Source: an uncultured Candidatus Rokubacteria bacterium (GTDB lineage Bacteria > Methylomirabilota > Methylomirabilia > Rokubacteriales > CSP1-6). Taken from it: a stretch of DNA of 64,000 nucleotides. Below are positions 1 through 9,939 of the stretch, one piece after another (the first letter of the stretch is position 1; each line of letters opens with the position of its first letter). Below the pieces are notes generated by a model, which did no database searches, was not told the origin of the DNA, and worked only from the letters and a program-made list of their open reading frames with translations. The stretch is taken from the NCBI GenBank assembly GCA_963789955.1, contig CAWBMV010000017.1, positions 32,001-96,000 on the forward strand. Direction: 5' to 3'. A program made the position numbers and the translations under genes.

Positions 1-1399
1 GAGCATCGTCGCGGTCGCGATCGACCTCGACGTCGCGGAGGCGCTCTCGTACGGGGTGATCGCGGGAGCCGTCGTGCAGCTCGTGTTCGCCATCTCGGAG
101 CTTCGACGCAGGCGCTTGCCCGGCGTCAACTACCGCGCGTGGATTCTCGTCGCGCTCGCGATCGTCGGCAGCGGGAGCCAGGCGATGTTCCTCTGGCGCT
201 TCGACGACGAGAGCGTGACGTTCACGCTCTTCTACGTCGGGGTCGCGGAAATCCTGCTGGCGGTCGCCGCCGTGGTGGGCTTGGGCTGGATGTCGGATCC
301 GAACGGGCTCTCGATGCACGCCTTCTACAAGGCGCGTCTGGTGCGGGCGTACCTCGGAGCGTCGAATCCCGACCGCCGCGGCGAGCAGGTGACCGACGCC
401 GTACCGGGCGACGACGTACCGCTCAGGAGCCTCTGCAATCACGACCGCGGCGCGCCGTACCATCTCGTCAACACGACCCTGAACCTCGTGGCCAGCGTCG
501 ATCTCGCGACCGCCCAGCGCTCGGCCGCCAACTTCGTGCTCTCGAGCTATTACTGCGGCTCGGCGCGCACGGGCTACCGGCGGACCGACGAGTACATGGG
601 CGGCGAGCTCACACTCGGCACGGCCGCGGCGATCTCGGGAGCGGCCGCGAGCCCCAACATGGGCTCACGAACCCCGAGCATGCCCCTCGTGGTGCTCCTG
701 GCGCTCGTGAACGCGCGGCTCGGCTTCTGGGCTCCGACGCCGTACGCCGCGCGCTGGCGCGAGCCTCTCGCGGCGCTGTGGCCCTTCTATCTCCTCAGCG
801 AAGCGCTGTCGCAGACCACGGACCTGTCGACCTACTGCTATCTGACGGACGGCGGTCACTTCGACAACACGGGCCTCTATCCGCTGGTCGAGCGCGGCTG
901 CCGCTACATCGTGCTGCTCGACTGCGGCGCCGACCCCGGGCCGTGTTTCGCCGATCTGGGCGACGCGATCCGCCGCTGCCGCATCGATTTCGGCGCCGAA
1001 ATCTCGCTGGGCGTCCAGGGCTTTCTGGATCACGCGCCGAACAACGGCCTCGCGGCCCGGCACGTGATCGCCGGCAAGATCCTCTATCGCCAGGAGCACT
1101 GGGATCAGCTCGGCTTCGCCGCTCAGAGCGACGCCGACCGCACCGGCGTCATCGTCTGGGTCAAGCCGGCCGTGACGGCGGACGACGCGGCCGACGTCCG
1201 CCAGTACAAGCTGGAGAATCCCGACTTCCCGCATCAGACGACCGTCGATCAGTGGTACGACGAGGCGCAGTTCGAGAGCTATCGCAAGCTCGCGTACGAC
1301 AGCGTGACCAATGCCCTGCGCCCGTGCGTTCAACCGGGTCCGCTCGGGGCGGCCCACGTCCAGGCGTTCTTCAGAAGCCTCGAAGCGCAGTATCCCTAG
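1..1399 (+). CDS. Patatin-like phospholipase-family membrane protein (5' truncated by the window edge)
   Basis: TM helices followed by SMHAFYKARLVRAYLGA, HLVNTTLN, AISGAAASP, LTDGGHFDNTG (patatin DGG motif) and FPHQTTVDQWYDEAQFESYR; stop TAG 1397-1399. Confidence 0.75.
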   Translation, partial: SIVAVAIDLDVAEALSYGVIAGAVVQLVFAISELRRRRLPGVNYRAWILVALAIVGSGSQAMFLWRFDDESVTFTLFYVGVAEILLAVAAVVGLGWMSDPNGLSMHAFYKARLVRAYLGASNPDRRGEQVTDAVPGDDVPLRSLCNHDRGAPYHLVNTTLNLVASVDLATAQRSAANFVLSSYYCGSARTGYRRTDEYMGGELTLGTAAAISGAAASPNMGSRTPSMPLVVLLALVNARLGFWAPTPYAARWREPLAALWPFYLLSEALSQTTDLSTYCYLTDGGHFDNTGLYPLVERGCRYIVLLDCGADPGPCFADLGDAIRRCRIDFGAEISLGVQGFLDHAPNNGLAARHVIAGKILYRQEHWDQLGFAAQSDADRTGVIVWVKPAVTADDAADVRQYKLENPDFPHQTTVDQWYDEAQFESYRKLAYDSVTNALRPCVQPGPLGAAHVQAFFRSLEAQYP

Positions 1400-1432
1400 C
1401 TCAAGACGCTTCTCAGCCGGCGGGCTGCAACT

Positions 1433-2691
1433 TCAGTCGCGGCTTCGCCAGGGACGTGTGATGAGTCGGGCGCCGCGTTGCCAGGACAGGTAGGCCCAGG
1501 CCCACTCGAACAGCACGAGGAAGCGATTGCGAAAGCCGATCAGGAACATGATGTGCACGAAGAGCCACGCGAGCCACGCGATCAGGCCCGAGAGCTGGAT
1601 GCCGCCGACGACCGCGACGGCCGCGGCGCGCCCGATGGTCGCCATGGTTCCGCGATCGCGGTAGCGAAAGGCGCGAGTCGGCCGGCCGCTCAGACGTCGC
1701 AGCACGTTGTCCGCCGCGCGCCGGCCCTGCTGGATCGCGACGGGGGCCAGCCCCGGGAGCGGCGCGCCCGATGGGCCGCGACAGACGCTCATATCCCCGA
1801 TGACGAACACCTCCGGGTGACCCGCGATCGAAAGATCCGCTTCGACGGGGACGCGACCGGCCCGATCGAGCGTGATGCCCAGGGTCCGGGCGAGCGGCGA
1901 CGCCGCCACCCCCGCGGCCCAGAGCACGGTGCGCGCGCGAATCTGCTCGCCGCCGAGCCAGACCGCGTCGGGGGTGACTCGCGTGACGGTCGTTCCGGTG
2001 CGGACCTCGACACCGATGCGCTCGAGCGCATCCTGAGCGCGGCCGCTCAGCGGCTCCGGAAAGGCGCTGAGGATTCTGGCGACCGCCCTCGACGAGGACG
2101 ATGCGCGCCTTGGTCGGATCGATGACGCGAAAATCGCGCGCGATGGTCTGGCGTGAGATCTCGCCGAGCGCGCCGGCCAGCTCCACGCCGGTGGGACCGC
2201 CGCCGACGACCACGAAGGTGAGCAGCGCGCGCTGCTCGGCGCCGTCCGTCTCACGCTCGGCGGATTCGTACGCGAGGAGCACCCGGCGGCGGATCTCGAG
2301 CGCGTCTTCGAGCGTCTTCAGACCGGGAGCGAACGGCTTCCCAGTCCTCGTGGCCGAAGTACGAATGGCTGGCGCCCGCCGCGAGGATGAGCGCGTCGTA
2401 GCCGATCTCGCCGCGATCGAGCGCGAGCCGCCGCGCGCCGAGATCGATTCGCTGGACCTCCGCCAGGAGCACCGTGACGTTCCGGGCGCGGCGGAGCACC
2501 GAGCGCAGCGGCGCCGCGATGTCGGACGCGTTCAGCGCCGCGGTCGCGACCTGGTAGAGGAGCGGCTGAAACAGATGGTGATTGCGTCGGTCCAGCAGGG
2601 TGACCCGCACGGGCCGATCCGCGAGCGCGCGGGCCGCGTTGAGCCCGCCGAAGCCACCGCCCACCACGACCACGTGGGGACGGTCGGCCAC
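1433..2691 (-). CDS. ndh: Type II NADH dehydrogenase-like FAD oxidoreductase (apparent indels near 2335 and 2080)
   Basis: [46 protein letters not shown] and [12 protein letters not shown] spread over three overlapping frames. Confidence 0.85.
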
Positions 2692-2775
2692 GTCAGGAAC
2701 CGAGGTTCGGCGCGGCGGTGAGAAGAACGGCGAGCGGCCCGCGCGCCGGCTCGCGGGCCGCCATCCGGCGCGACA

Positions 2776-3549
2776 CTAGGCCTTGGCGTGCTGACGAACG
2801 AAGGCCTGAACGCGCTTCCAGGCGTCGGCCGAGGCCTCCGCGAACTCCGTCTGCTTGCGATCGAAGAAGCTGTGCGGCGCGCCCGGATAGACCGTCGAAT
2901 CGTGCTTCACGCCGGCCTTCCGGCACGCGGCGTCGAACTCGTCGACGGCGGTCTGGGGAATGCCCTGATCGGCGCCGCCGAAGAGCGAGAGCACGCCGCA
3001 CTTGTAGCGCGGGACCGCGTCGATCGGCTTGGGCCGGTCCGGCCAGCGACTGAGACCGAGCGGCCAGCCGTAGAACCCGATCACGCCCGAATAGCCGAGC
3101 CCGCTCGCGGCCTGCAGGTACGAGAGCGCGCCGCCGAAGCAGAACCCGACCGAGAAGATCGACCGCACCTCGCCGCCGTCTTTGCTCTTCAAGTACGCGA
3201 CGGCCGCCGCGATGTCGGCCTGAAGGGCGTCGGGCTTCGTTTGCGGCACGTGTGGCATGAAGTCGAAGCTTTCGCCACGATCGTCAGAGGGTGCGGTCCG
3301 CGCGAAGAAGTCGATCGCGACGGCGTCCACGCCCACCTCGGCGAAGCGGTCGGCGAGCTCCTTGTAGTACGGATGCAGCCCGCGCACGTCGGGGATGACG
3401 ACCATCCCGGCGCCCGTCGGTTTGCCGGCGCGCGCCGCGTGAGCCATGAAGCGCGTGCCGTCCGACGAGTTGAGCCGAAGGTCGCGCGAGCCGGCCGAGC
3501 CGCCGGCGATCGGATGAATTGGCGGACGAGAGTCGTTATCGACGCACAT
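2776..3549 (-). CDS. Dienelactone hydrolase family protein
   Basis: GFCFGG nucleophile motif, GGADQGI, YPGAPHSFF; GGAGG RBS. Confidence 0.9.
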   Translation of the reverse strand: MCVDNDSRPPIHPIAGGSAGSRDLRLNSSDGTRFMAHAARAGKPTGAGMVVIPDVRGLHPYYKELADRFAEVGVDAVAIDFFARTAPSDDRGESFDFMPHVPQTKPDALQADIAAAVAYLKSKDGGEVRSIFSVGFCFGGALSYLQAASGLGYSGVIGFYGWPLGLSRWPDRPKPIDAVPRYKCGVLSLFGGADQGIPQTAVDEFDAACRKAGVKHDSTVYPGAPHSFFDRKQTEFAEASADAWKRVQAFVRQHAKA

Positions 3550-3585
3550 GGAGGCCTCCTTGTTGCCGGGCGGCGCCCGGATAGC

Positions 3586-3613
3586 TTGACTCTAACACCC
3601 GGCGCGATATAGT
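3586..3613 (+). promoter_or_regulatory. Sigma70-like promoter for the amidohydrolase gene
   Basis: TTGACT (3586-3591), 16-nt spacer, TATAGT (3608-3613). Confidence 0.55.
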
Positions 3614-3683
3614 CGCGGCTCAGCGGGATATCAGTGTGGACGGCGCGCCTCGGCGCGCCCATCTTCACGCGGGGGAGGACGAG

Positions 3684-4901
3684 ATGAAGGACGGCCTACG
3701 GTTCGTCGACTGCGACATGCACATCATGGAGCCGGTGGACCTCTTCGATCGCTATCTGGATCCGCGGTTCAAGGACCGCGTGATGCTCCAGGTGGGCGCC
3801 GACGGCCGGGCGCGGCGCGGGACGATCGTCATCGACGGCCTGCCCACGACGCGTGACGCCGAGATGCAGCAATACCGGAAGCGGAACCGCCCGGGCTCGA
3901 CGCACAGCACCCAGCCGCTGTCGGGCTCGCGGCTCGCGGACACCGGCCGCCTCGATTTCGCGATCGACCGCAAGTACAACGCCGAAGCGCAGGTGATGGG
4001 CATGGCGATGGAAGGCGTCGACATCGCGGTGCTGTACCCGACGACGGGGCTCTCGCTCATCGCGCGCGACAATCTGGATCCCCAGCTCTCGCTGGCTCTC
4101 TGCCAGGCCTACAACAACTGGATCCACGAGTTCTGCCAGTACAGCCCGGAGCGGCTGAAGTTCGTCGCGATGCTGCCGGTGCACGACGTGCACCTGGCCT
4201 CGCGCGAGCTCGTCCGCTGCGTGCGCGAGCTCGGCGCGGTCGGCTCGTTCATCCGGCCGAATCTCGTCAACGGCCACTACTGGCACTCGAACTACTGGGA
4301 TCCGCTCTACAGCCTGCACGAGGAGCTCAACGTGACCTGGGGCTTCCACGAGGGCACGGGAGCCTGGTACTCGTACTTCAACGACCTCTACGGCGAGAAC
4401 CGGTTCTACCGTCACGTCGCCAGCCACTGGATCGAGATGCAGCAGGCGCTGATCGCGATGATCATCGGCGGCGTGTTCGAGTTCCACCCCAAGCTTCGCG
4501 TCGGCTTCCTCGAGGCGCAGAACTCCTGGGCGCCGGGTCTCCTGTCGCGCATCGAGTGGGACTATCCGCAATATCGCGACTCACACGCGCCGTACCTGTC
4601 GATGACGCCGCGCGAGTACTTCCGGCGCAACTGCTGGGCGGCGGTCGAGGGGAGCGAGCCGGAGATCGAAGCGACGGCCGGTCTCATCGGCGCGGACCGT
4701 ATGTGCATCTCGACCGACTATCCGCACTTCGACTCGAATTTCCCGCACGTCTCGACGAATCTGCTGAAGAACGTGCCGCGCGAGATCGCGGCGCAGATCT
4801 TCATGGGCGGCGCGCATCTCTACGCGTTCGGCGAACGTGACTTCCAGCGGGCCGCGCAGGCGGCGGACAGGCAGCTCGGCGGAGCCGCGGCCGGCGGCTG
4901 A
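3684..4901 (+). CDS. Amidohydrolase_2 family metal-dependent hydrolase/decarboxylase
   Basis: DCDMHIMEP, YNNWIHEFC, FHEG, GFLEA, STDYPHFD; GGAGG RBS before ATG 3684. Confidence 0.85.
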   Translation: MKDGLRFVDCDMHIMEPVDLFDRYLDPRFKDRVMLQVGADGRARRGTIVIDGLPTTRDAEMQQYRKRNRPGSTHSTQPLSGSRLADTGRLDFAIDRKYNAEAQVMGMAMEGVDIAVLYPTTGLSLIARDNLDPQLSLALCQAYNNWIHEFCQYSPERLKFVAMLPVHDVHLASRELVRCVRELGAVGSFIRPNLVNGHYWHSNYWDPLYSLHEELNVTWGFHEGTGAWYSYFNDLYGENRFYRHVASHWIEMQQALIAMIIGGVFEFHPKLRVGFLEAQNSWAPGLLSRIEWDYPQYRDSHAPYLSMTPREYFRRNCWAAVEGSEPEIEATAGLIGADRMCISTDYPHFDSNFPHVSTNLLKNVPREIAAQIFMGGAHLYAFGERDFQRAAQAADRQLGGAAAGG

Positions 4902-4982
4902 TCGTTCGGCACGCACCTGGGCGCCTCGTTCGAGGCGCCCAAGTGCGTGCGCACGCGCGATCCGCGCTGTACGCTGGCAGCC

Positions 4983-5450
4983 ATGCTTCGCACCCGGTTC
5001 GCGATCGCGTCGTTCTGGCTGGTCCTGGTCCTGTTTCTCGGCAGCGCCTACTTCGCCGCTCAGGAAACGGGACGCTACGTTCTGCCTTTCCTGAAATTCC
5101 TGATGCCCGGAGTGCCCTCCTCCGAGCTTCAGGCCATCCACATGGTGCTGCGCAAGCTGGCCCACGTGCTCGAGTACGCCGTGCTGGCACTGCTCTGGCA
5201 TCGGGCACTCCACGAGGTGGGCGGCCTGAGCCCGCGGACGGCCGCGTGGGTGGCGCTCTCGATCTGCCTGGTGTGCTCCTTCGCCGACGAGGCGCACCAA
5301 TCGATGCTCCCCTCTCGCCACGGCAGCGCCCGTGATTTCGTCATCGACGCCTTCGGCGCGACCGCGATGCTCACGATCGCGAGGGGACGGACCATGGGCG
5401 ACCGCGGCGGACGCTTGAGCGGCGCGATCGCCGCCGAGCCCGCCGACTGA
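4983..5450 (+). CDS. VanZ family membrane protein
   Basis: RKLAHVLEYAVL and DEAHQSMLPSRHGSARDFVID motifs. Confidence 0.85.
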   Translation: MLRTRFAIASFWLVLVLFLGSAYFAAQETGRYVLPFLKFLMPGVPSSELQAIHMVLRKLAHVLEYAVLALLWHRALHEVGGLSPRTAAWVALSICLVCSFADEAHQSMLPSRHGSARDFVIDAFGATAMLTIARGRTMGDRGGRLSGAIAAEPAD

Positions 5451-5479
5451 CCGGGGCCGGCTTCCCGTCTAACCCGCGA

Positions 5480-6097
5480 TCAGGCGAGCAGGCCGGCGAG
5501 GATGCCGGTCAGGAATACGCCGTCGAATGTGCCCGCGCCTCCGATCGATACGATCGGCGCGCCCAGGCGCGCGATCCGCCCGAGATTGAGGAGGTCGGCC
5601 CCGATCAGGGTCCCCATGGAGCCCGCGACGTAAGCAACCGGCGGCGCCCGGCGGAATGCCAGGAGCAGGGCGACGCCGGCGGCGACCAGCGGTGGCGCGA
5701 TCATGGGCACCGCGATGCCGACGCCCGGAACCAGCTCGGCAAGACTGTGCACCACCGCCGCGACCACCACCGTGCCGATCAGCATCCGCACGAGCATGCC
5801 GGTGCGGGCCACCAGGTACAGCGACACGAGGATCGGAATCAGCGCGCCGCCCACGTTGAGCGCCACGATGGTCCCGTGAGTCGTCCGCCCGGCCACCCCG
5901 GGTCCGATCGCGAAGAGCGGGATGTCCACTCCCGCTCCGATCAAGGACAACAGCATCACGGCGAAGGCATAGCGCGGATTGACGCCGACCTTGCGGTACG
6001 CGTACGTCAGGACACGGATCTCGACCAGAAAGATCAACAGCGCGAAGAGGAAGAGAAGAAGGACCAGCGGGAGAGAGAAAGGCGGTGAGTGGATCAC
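5480..6097 (-). CDS. DUF1614 family membrane protein
   Basis: ALNVGGALIP, GSMGTLIGADLLNL, SIGGAGTFDGVFLTGI. Confidence 0.85.
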   Translation of the reverse strand: MIHSPPFSLPLVLLLFLFALLIFLVEIRVLTYAYRKVGVNPRYAFAVMLLSLIGAGVDIPLFAIGPGVAGRTTHGTIVALNVGGALIPILVSLYLVARTGMLVRMLIGTVVVAAVVHSLAELVPGVGIAVPMIAPPLVAAGVALLLAFRRAPPVAYVAGSMGTLIGADLLNLGRIARLGAPIVSIGGAGTFDGVFLTGILAGLLA

Positions 6098-6116
6098 GAA
6101 CGCGTCTCGGGCAAAG

Positions 6117-6524
6117 CTACATCCCGCCGCCGCCTCCGCCGCTGCCGCCCGAGCACGTCCAGTCGAACGAGAGCACCTGGACGCGGTAGCTCGCCGCTTC
6201 GGCCACGGAGGTGCTGAAGAACGCGCGGGACCCCATCGGCACGTCGCCGATCACCCAGAACGCCGAGGTCCCGACGACTCCGCCGGACGCGTCGACTCGC
6301 TGGACCTGAAGGCGGACGCGCTGAGCCGTCTGATGCGCGTCGTTGTAGAGATAGCCTTCGACCGCGGGGCCCCTGCGATTGCGAGTCACGTCGAACTCGA
6401 TCCGGAAGTTGCGATCGATCGTCTCGGGGGCATAGAGCGTTTGCGTCGGTGCGGGCGCCGCACCGGCGCCGACGAGCAGGAGCGCGACGGCTACGACCGA
6501 GCTTGCTCGTCGCGCTCGAATCAT
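6117..6524 (-). CDS. Secreted FxLYD-like Ig-fold protein with Gly-rich tail
   Basis: Signal peptide, VEGYLYN...VRLQVQRVDASG...GDVPMGSRAFF pattern; ATG overlaps the upstream stop (ATGA 6521-6524). Confidence 0.6.
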   Translation of the reverse strand: MIRARRASSVVAVALLLVGAGAAPAPTQTLYAPETIDRNFRIEFDVTRNRRGPAVEGYLYNDAHQTAQRVRLQVQRVDASGGVVGTSAFWVIGDVPMGSRAFFSTSVAEAASYRVQVLSFDWTCSGGSGGGGGGM

Positions 6525-7435
6525 CGCAGGACGACACTGGTGATCGGCGGCAAGCCCTTGGCCACGAGGTTCCATCGCTCACCTCCGTCGACCGAGCGGA
6601 ACACGTGACCGTCTTCGGTCCCGCATACGACGAGACCGCCGTCGTCCGCCGCGAGACAACCGGTATCGACGTTGTCACCGAACCAGGACGGCAAGCCGTC
6701 GGTGCAACGCTCGAACGCGGCCTCCTCCTGCGAGTCGCGCACGATAGAGGGCGGCGCGTCGGCCGCCCGGCCCCGTCGACGCCGACACGAGCACGTCTCG
6801 GCGCTGACCGCGACCGCGCGCAGATAGTGGGCGTGCATGCCGGCGGTGATAAATCGCCAGGATTGGCCGGCGTCGCGACTGATCCCGAAGCCCACGGCCG
6901 CCGCGGCGAGCACGATCTCGGAGCGACTCGGATGCGCGAGCACCTGGTGCACGTCGCTCTCGATGTCGACCGTCGGCGTCCAGGTCCGACCCCCGTCGCG
7001 CGAGCGAACGACGCCGCCGACGTGGACGTTGACGTACAGCGCGCCGTCGCGCGCGGCCGAGATCGACCGCACGTCGGCTGGATCACCCCAGGGCGTGTAC
7101 CACGTGTCGCGTCCTTCGATCGCCTCGAACGACTCGACCGGCTCGAGGGTGCTGCCGTTCAGGCGCAGCAGATGCGCCTCCTCGGTGCCGATCAGGAGAC
7201 CGATCGGCGTCGCCGCCAGAGACGTCGCCGCGGGTCCTTCGATCGTCGCGCGTGGCTTCCAGGTGGAGTCGACACCCTCCCAGAGAGTCCGGCCGTCGAC
7301 GACGGCCCACTCGCGCGGACCGTCGACCGCGAGCGCCGTGAGGGATTTCCCGGTGAGCGCCTCTACGGGGAAGACCTGATCGGTCTCGACCCACCAGAGC
7401 CCTTCGCGCGTGCCCACACGGATCTTCGACGTCAT
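6521..7435 (-). CDS. BNR/Asp-box beta-propeller protein
   Basis: Asp-box repeats RSRDGGRTW, SRDAGQSW, RSVDGGERW; a compensated indel pair near 6795 and 6725. Confidence 0.75.
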   Translation of the reverse strand: MTSKIRVGTREGLWWVETDQVFPVEALTGKSLTALAVDGPREWAVVDGRTLWEGVDSTWKPRATIEGPAATSLAATPIGLLIGTEEAHLLRLNGSTLEPVESFEAIEGRDTWYTPWGDPADVRSISAARDGALYVNVHVGGVVRSRDGGRTWTPTVDIESDVHQVLAHPSRSEIVLAAAAVGFGISRDAGQSWRFITAGMHAHYLRAVAVSAETCSCRRRRGRAADAPPSIVRDSQEEAAFERCTDGLPSWFGDNVDTGCLAADDGGLVVCGTEDGHVFRSVDGGERWNLVAKGLPPITSVVLR

Positions 7436-7571
7436 GCCGCCGATGATACTCGCTCGCGGTTGGCGATGCGAGGTCTGCCAGGGCGGGCGAGACCCTGCAG
7501 GACATGAAGCCCGGTGATCAGATCGCGGGCGAAGCTTCGAGAAGCGCCGAAGTGCTGACGCAATTCGCGCC

Positions 7572-7614
7572 GCAGGCCGTCGCGGGGCTGGGGCCCCCGC
7601 CGGCCGAGTCGCGA
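7572..7614 (+). repeat. REP-like palindromic repeat, copy 1
   Basis: GCAGGCCGTCGCGGGGCTGGGGCCCCCGCCGGCCGAGTCGCGAC; matches the copies at 15171, 57934, 57996 and 59819. Confidence 0.8.
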
Positions 7615-7676
7615 CTCGTAATCTGAGTCGATCGCCGTCCTCTCGCGAAGAGGTCGCGTGAGATAGAATCGCTCGC

Positions 7677-9167
7677 GTGTCAGCGACGGCGGACCGCGAT
7701 CCGTGCTGGGTGACGATCACGGAGGTTCAGGCGGCCATGCAGCAGGGCCGCCTGACCTCCCTGCAGCTGACCGAACGGTTCCTCGAGCGAATCGAGGCGT
7801 ACGACCGCGGCGGCCCGCGGCTCAACGCCGTGCTCGAGGTGAACCCCGAGGCCCGCGAGATAGCCGAAGCCCTCGACCGGGAGCGCGCCTCGAGGGGCAG
7901 CCGGGGGCCGATGCACGGCATTCCGATCTTCCTGAAGGACAACATCGCGACGGCCGACCGCCTGCACACCAGTGCCGGCTCGCTGGCCCTCAAGGATTGC
8001 GTCGCGCCGCGCGACGCGTTCCTCGTCGCGCGACTTCGCGAGTCGGGTGCGGTGATCCTGGGCAAGGCGAACATGACCGAGTGGGCGAACTTCATGACCA
8101 CCGACATGCCCGCCGGGTACAGCTCGCGTGGAGGTCAGGTCAAGAATCCATACGGGGAGAGCCTCAGCCCTGGGGGCTCCAGTAGCGGCTCGGCCGTCGT
8201 CGTCGCCGCCGGCCTCTGCACCGTCGCGGTCGGCACCGAGACGTCCGGCTCGATCCTGAGTCCGGCCAACTGGAACTCGGTCGTCGGCGTGAAGCCGACT
8301 CTCGGTCTCATCTCACGGTCCGGCATCGTGCCGATCGCGGCCAGTCAGGACACCGCCGGCCCGTTCGGCCGCACGGTCACGGACGCCGCGATCCTCCTGG
8401 CCGCGATGACCGGGGTCGACACCCTCGATCGCGCCACACGGGCGAGCCGCCGGCACGCGCGGCGCGACTACACGGAGTTGCTGTCACAAGGCGGGCTCGA
8501 GGGCGTCAGGCTCGGCGTGCCGCGTGCGGTGTTCTACGAGCGCCTGGCTGCCGCCGAGGCGCCCGTGATCGACACGGCTCTGCACGCTCTCGGTGGTCTC
8601 GGCGCGACCCTCGTCGATCCCGCGAACATCGCCACCGCCCGCGAAGTGACCGACTTTCGCTCCGACGTCATGCTCTACGAGTTCAAGCGCGATCTGAACC
8701 GGTACTTGCAGGGCCTCGGCGAATCGTCACCGGTGCATTCGATCCGTGACCTGATCCGTTTCAACGAAGCGCGCCCCCAGGAGATGCTGCGCTTCGGTCA
8801 GGTGCGGTTGCTCGCGGCCCAGTCGACGAACGGGCTCCGGACCGAGACGTACCGCCGCAGCCGCGCCGAGGATCTCCGCATCTCGAGAGCCGACGGAATC
8901 GATCGGGTGATGGCCAGTGAGCGCCTCGACGCGCTGGTGTTCCCGGGATGGTCCGGTGCCGCCATCGGCGCCAAGGCCGGCTACCCGAGCGTGATCGTTC
9001 CGGCCGGTTACACGGCCGAGGGCACGCCGATCGGGCTCACATTTCTCGGCCGCGCGTGGCGCGAGCCGACCCTGTTGCGCATCGCGCACGCGTTCGAGAG
9101 CGCCACCCGCTCGAGGCGCCCGCCGACGAGCGTCGTCACGCCGAACGTCGGCGCCTCTTCGCTATGA
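7677..9167 (+). CDS. Amidase signature family protein
   Basis: KDNI, GKANMTEWA, PGGSSSGS, GTETSGSI (Lys-cisSer-Ser triad). Confidence 0.92.
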   Translation: MSATADRDPCWVTITEVQAAMQQGRLTSLQLTERFLERIEAYDRGGPRLNAVLEVNPEAREIAEALDRERASRGSRGPMHGIPIFLKDNIATADRLHTSAGSLALKDCVAPRDAFLVARLRESGAVILGKANMTEWANFMTTDMPAGYSSRGGQVKNPYGESLSPGGSSSGSAVVVAAGLCTVAVGTETSGSILSPANWNSVVGVKPTLGLISRSGIVPIAASQDTAGPFGRTVTDAAILLAAMTGVDTLDRATRASRRHARRDYTELLSQGGLEGVRLGVPRAVFYERLAAAEAPVIDTALHALGGLGATLVDPANIATAREVTDFRSDVMLYEFKRDLNRYLQGLGESSPVHSIRDLIRFNEARPQEMLRFGQVRLLAAQSTNGLRTETYRRSRAEDLRISRADGIDRVMASERLDALVFPGWSGAAIGAKAGYPSVIVPAGYTAEGTPIGLTFLGRAWREPTLLRIAHAFESATRSRRPPTSVVTPNVGASSL

Positions 9168-9177
9168 GGAAGACACC

Positions 9178-9876
9178 ATGACGACCGAGCAATGGTTCGA
9201 CTCGCTGACGGCCGAGCTGCTTGCGCAGAATCCCTTCAGGCGCTCCGAGTACTTCAAGCGGTTCGCCGCGGGCTCCTTGAGCCGTGAGCAGGTGTGGGGG
9301 CACATCGCCCAGCACTACCTGCTGATCGCGTGGTTTCCCCGCATCTTCAGCGGCATCCACACGCGCTGCGAGGATTTCGAGGTTCGCAAGGATTGCGCAC
9401 GGCACCTGCTGGTCGAGGATCTCGGATTTCTGGGCGGCGAGGTCGGCGCCACGCCCGATCACGACGAGCTCTTCCGCCGCATCGGCGACGATCTCGGCTA
9501 TGCCCGCGACGCGTATGACGGCATCGTCGCCGTGCCGGAGATGGCCGCCATCGTGAGCTTCTTCCGCGAGCTGGCCCACGAGCGGCCGTGGAGCGCGGCA
9601 CTCTGCGCGACGGCGCTCCTGGAGGAGGAAGTGGTCGAGATCGCCCGCACGGTCGGCCGGGCGCTCGTCGAGCACTACGGCGTCCGTCCGGAGTGGGGCG
9701 GCCAGAACTATGCCGTGCACGAAGCGGTGGAGCAGGAGGAATCGGGCGAGACGAAGAAGACCATTCTGAAGCACCTGCGCACCGCCGGCGAGCGCGGAGC
9801 CGCCGAGGATGCGATGCGCGAGATGCATCGCCTGCTTCACGTGTATGCTGAGAGCCTCGCCCGCCGACATCTCTGA
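9178..9876 (+). CDS. Heme-oxygenase-like (PqqC/CADD/TenA fold) putative diiron protein
   Basis: Helical protein with E80, H95, E149, H181, E185 and E188 spaced like CADD/PqqC-family metal ligands; GAGGA RBS. Confidence 0.65.
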   Translation: MTTEQWFDSLTAELLAQNPFRRSEYFKRFAAGSLSREQVWGHIAQHYLLIAWFPRIFSGIHTRCEDFEVRKDCARHLLVEDLGFLGGEVGATPDHDELFRRIGDDLGYARDAYDGIVAVPEMAAIVSFFRELAHERPWSAALCATALLEEEVVEIARTVGRALVEHYGVRPEWGGQNYAVHEAVEQEESGETKKTILKHLRTAGERGAAEDAMREMHRLLHVYAESLARRHL

Positions 9877-9939
9877 TATGCCGTTTCGTTGCGTGATCGC
9901 CGGACCGGAGAGAGCATAGAGGGAAGGTGGGAGGCGCCC

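Noticed and set aside
2693..2764. 23-aa minus-strand ORF between the dienelactone hydrolase and ndh
   Set aside because: No RBS or recognisable motif; likely a chance ORF.
7504..7626. Roughly 40-aa ORF (MKPGDQ...) in the divergent intergenic region
   Set aside because: It runs through the REP-like copy and has no other coding support.
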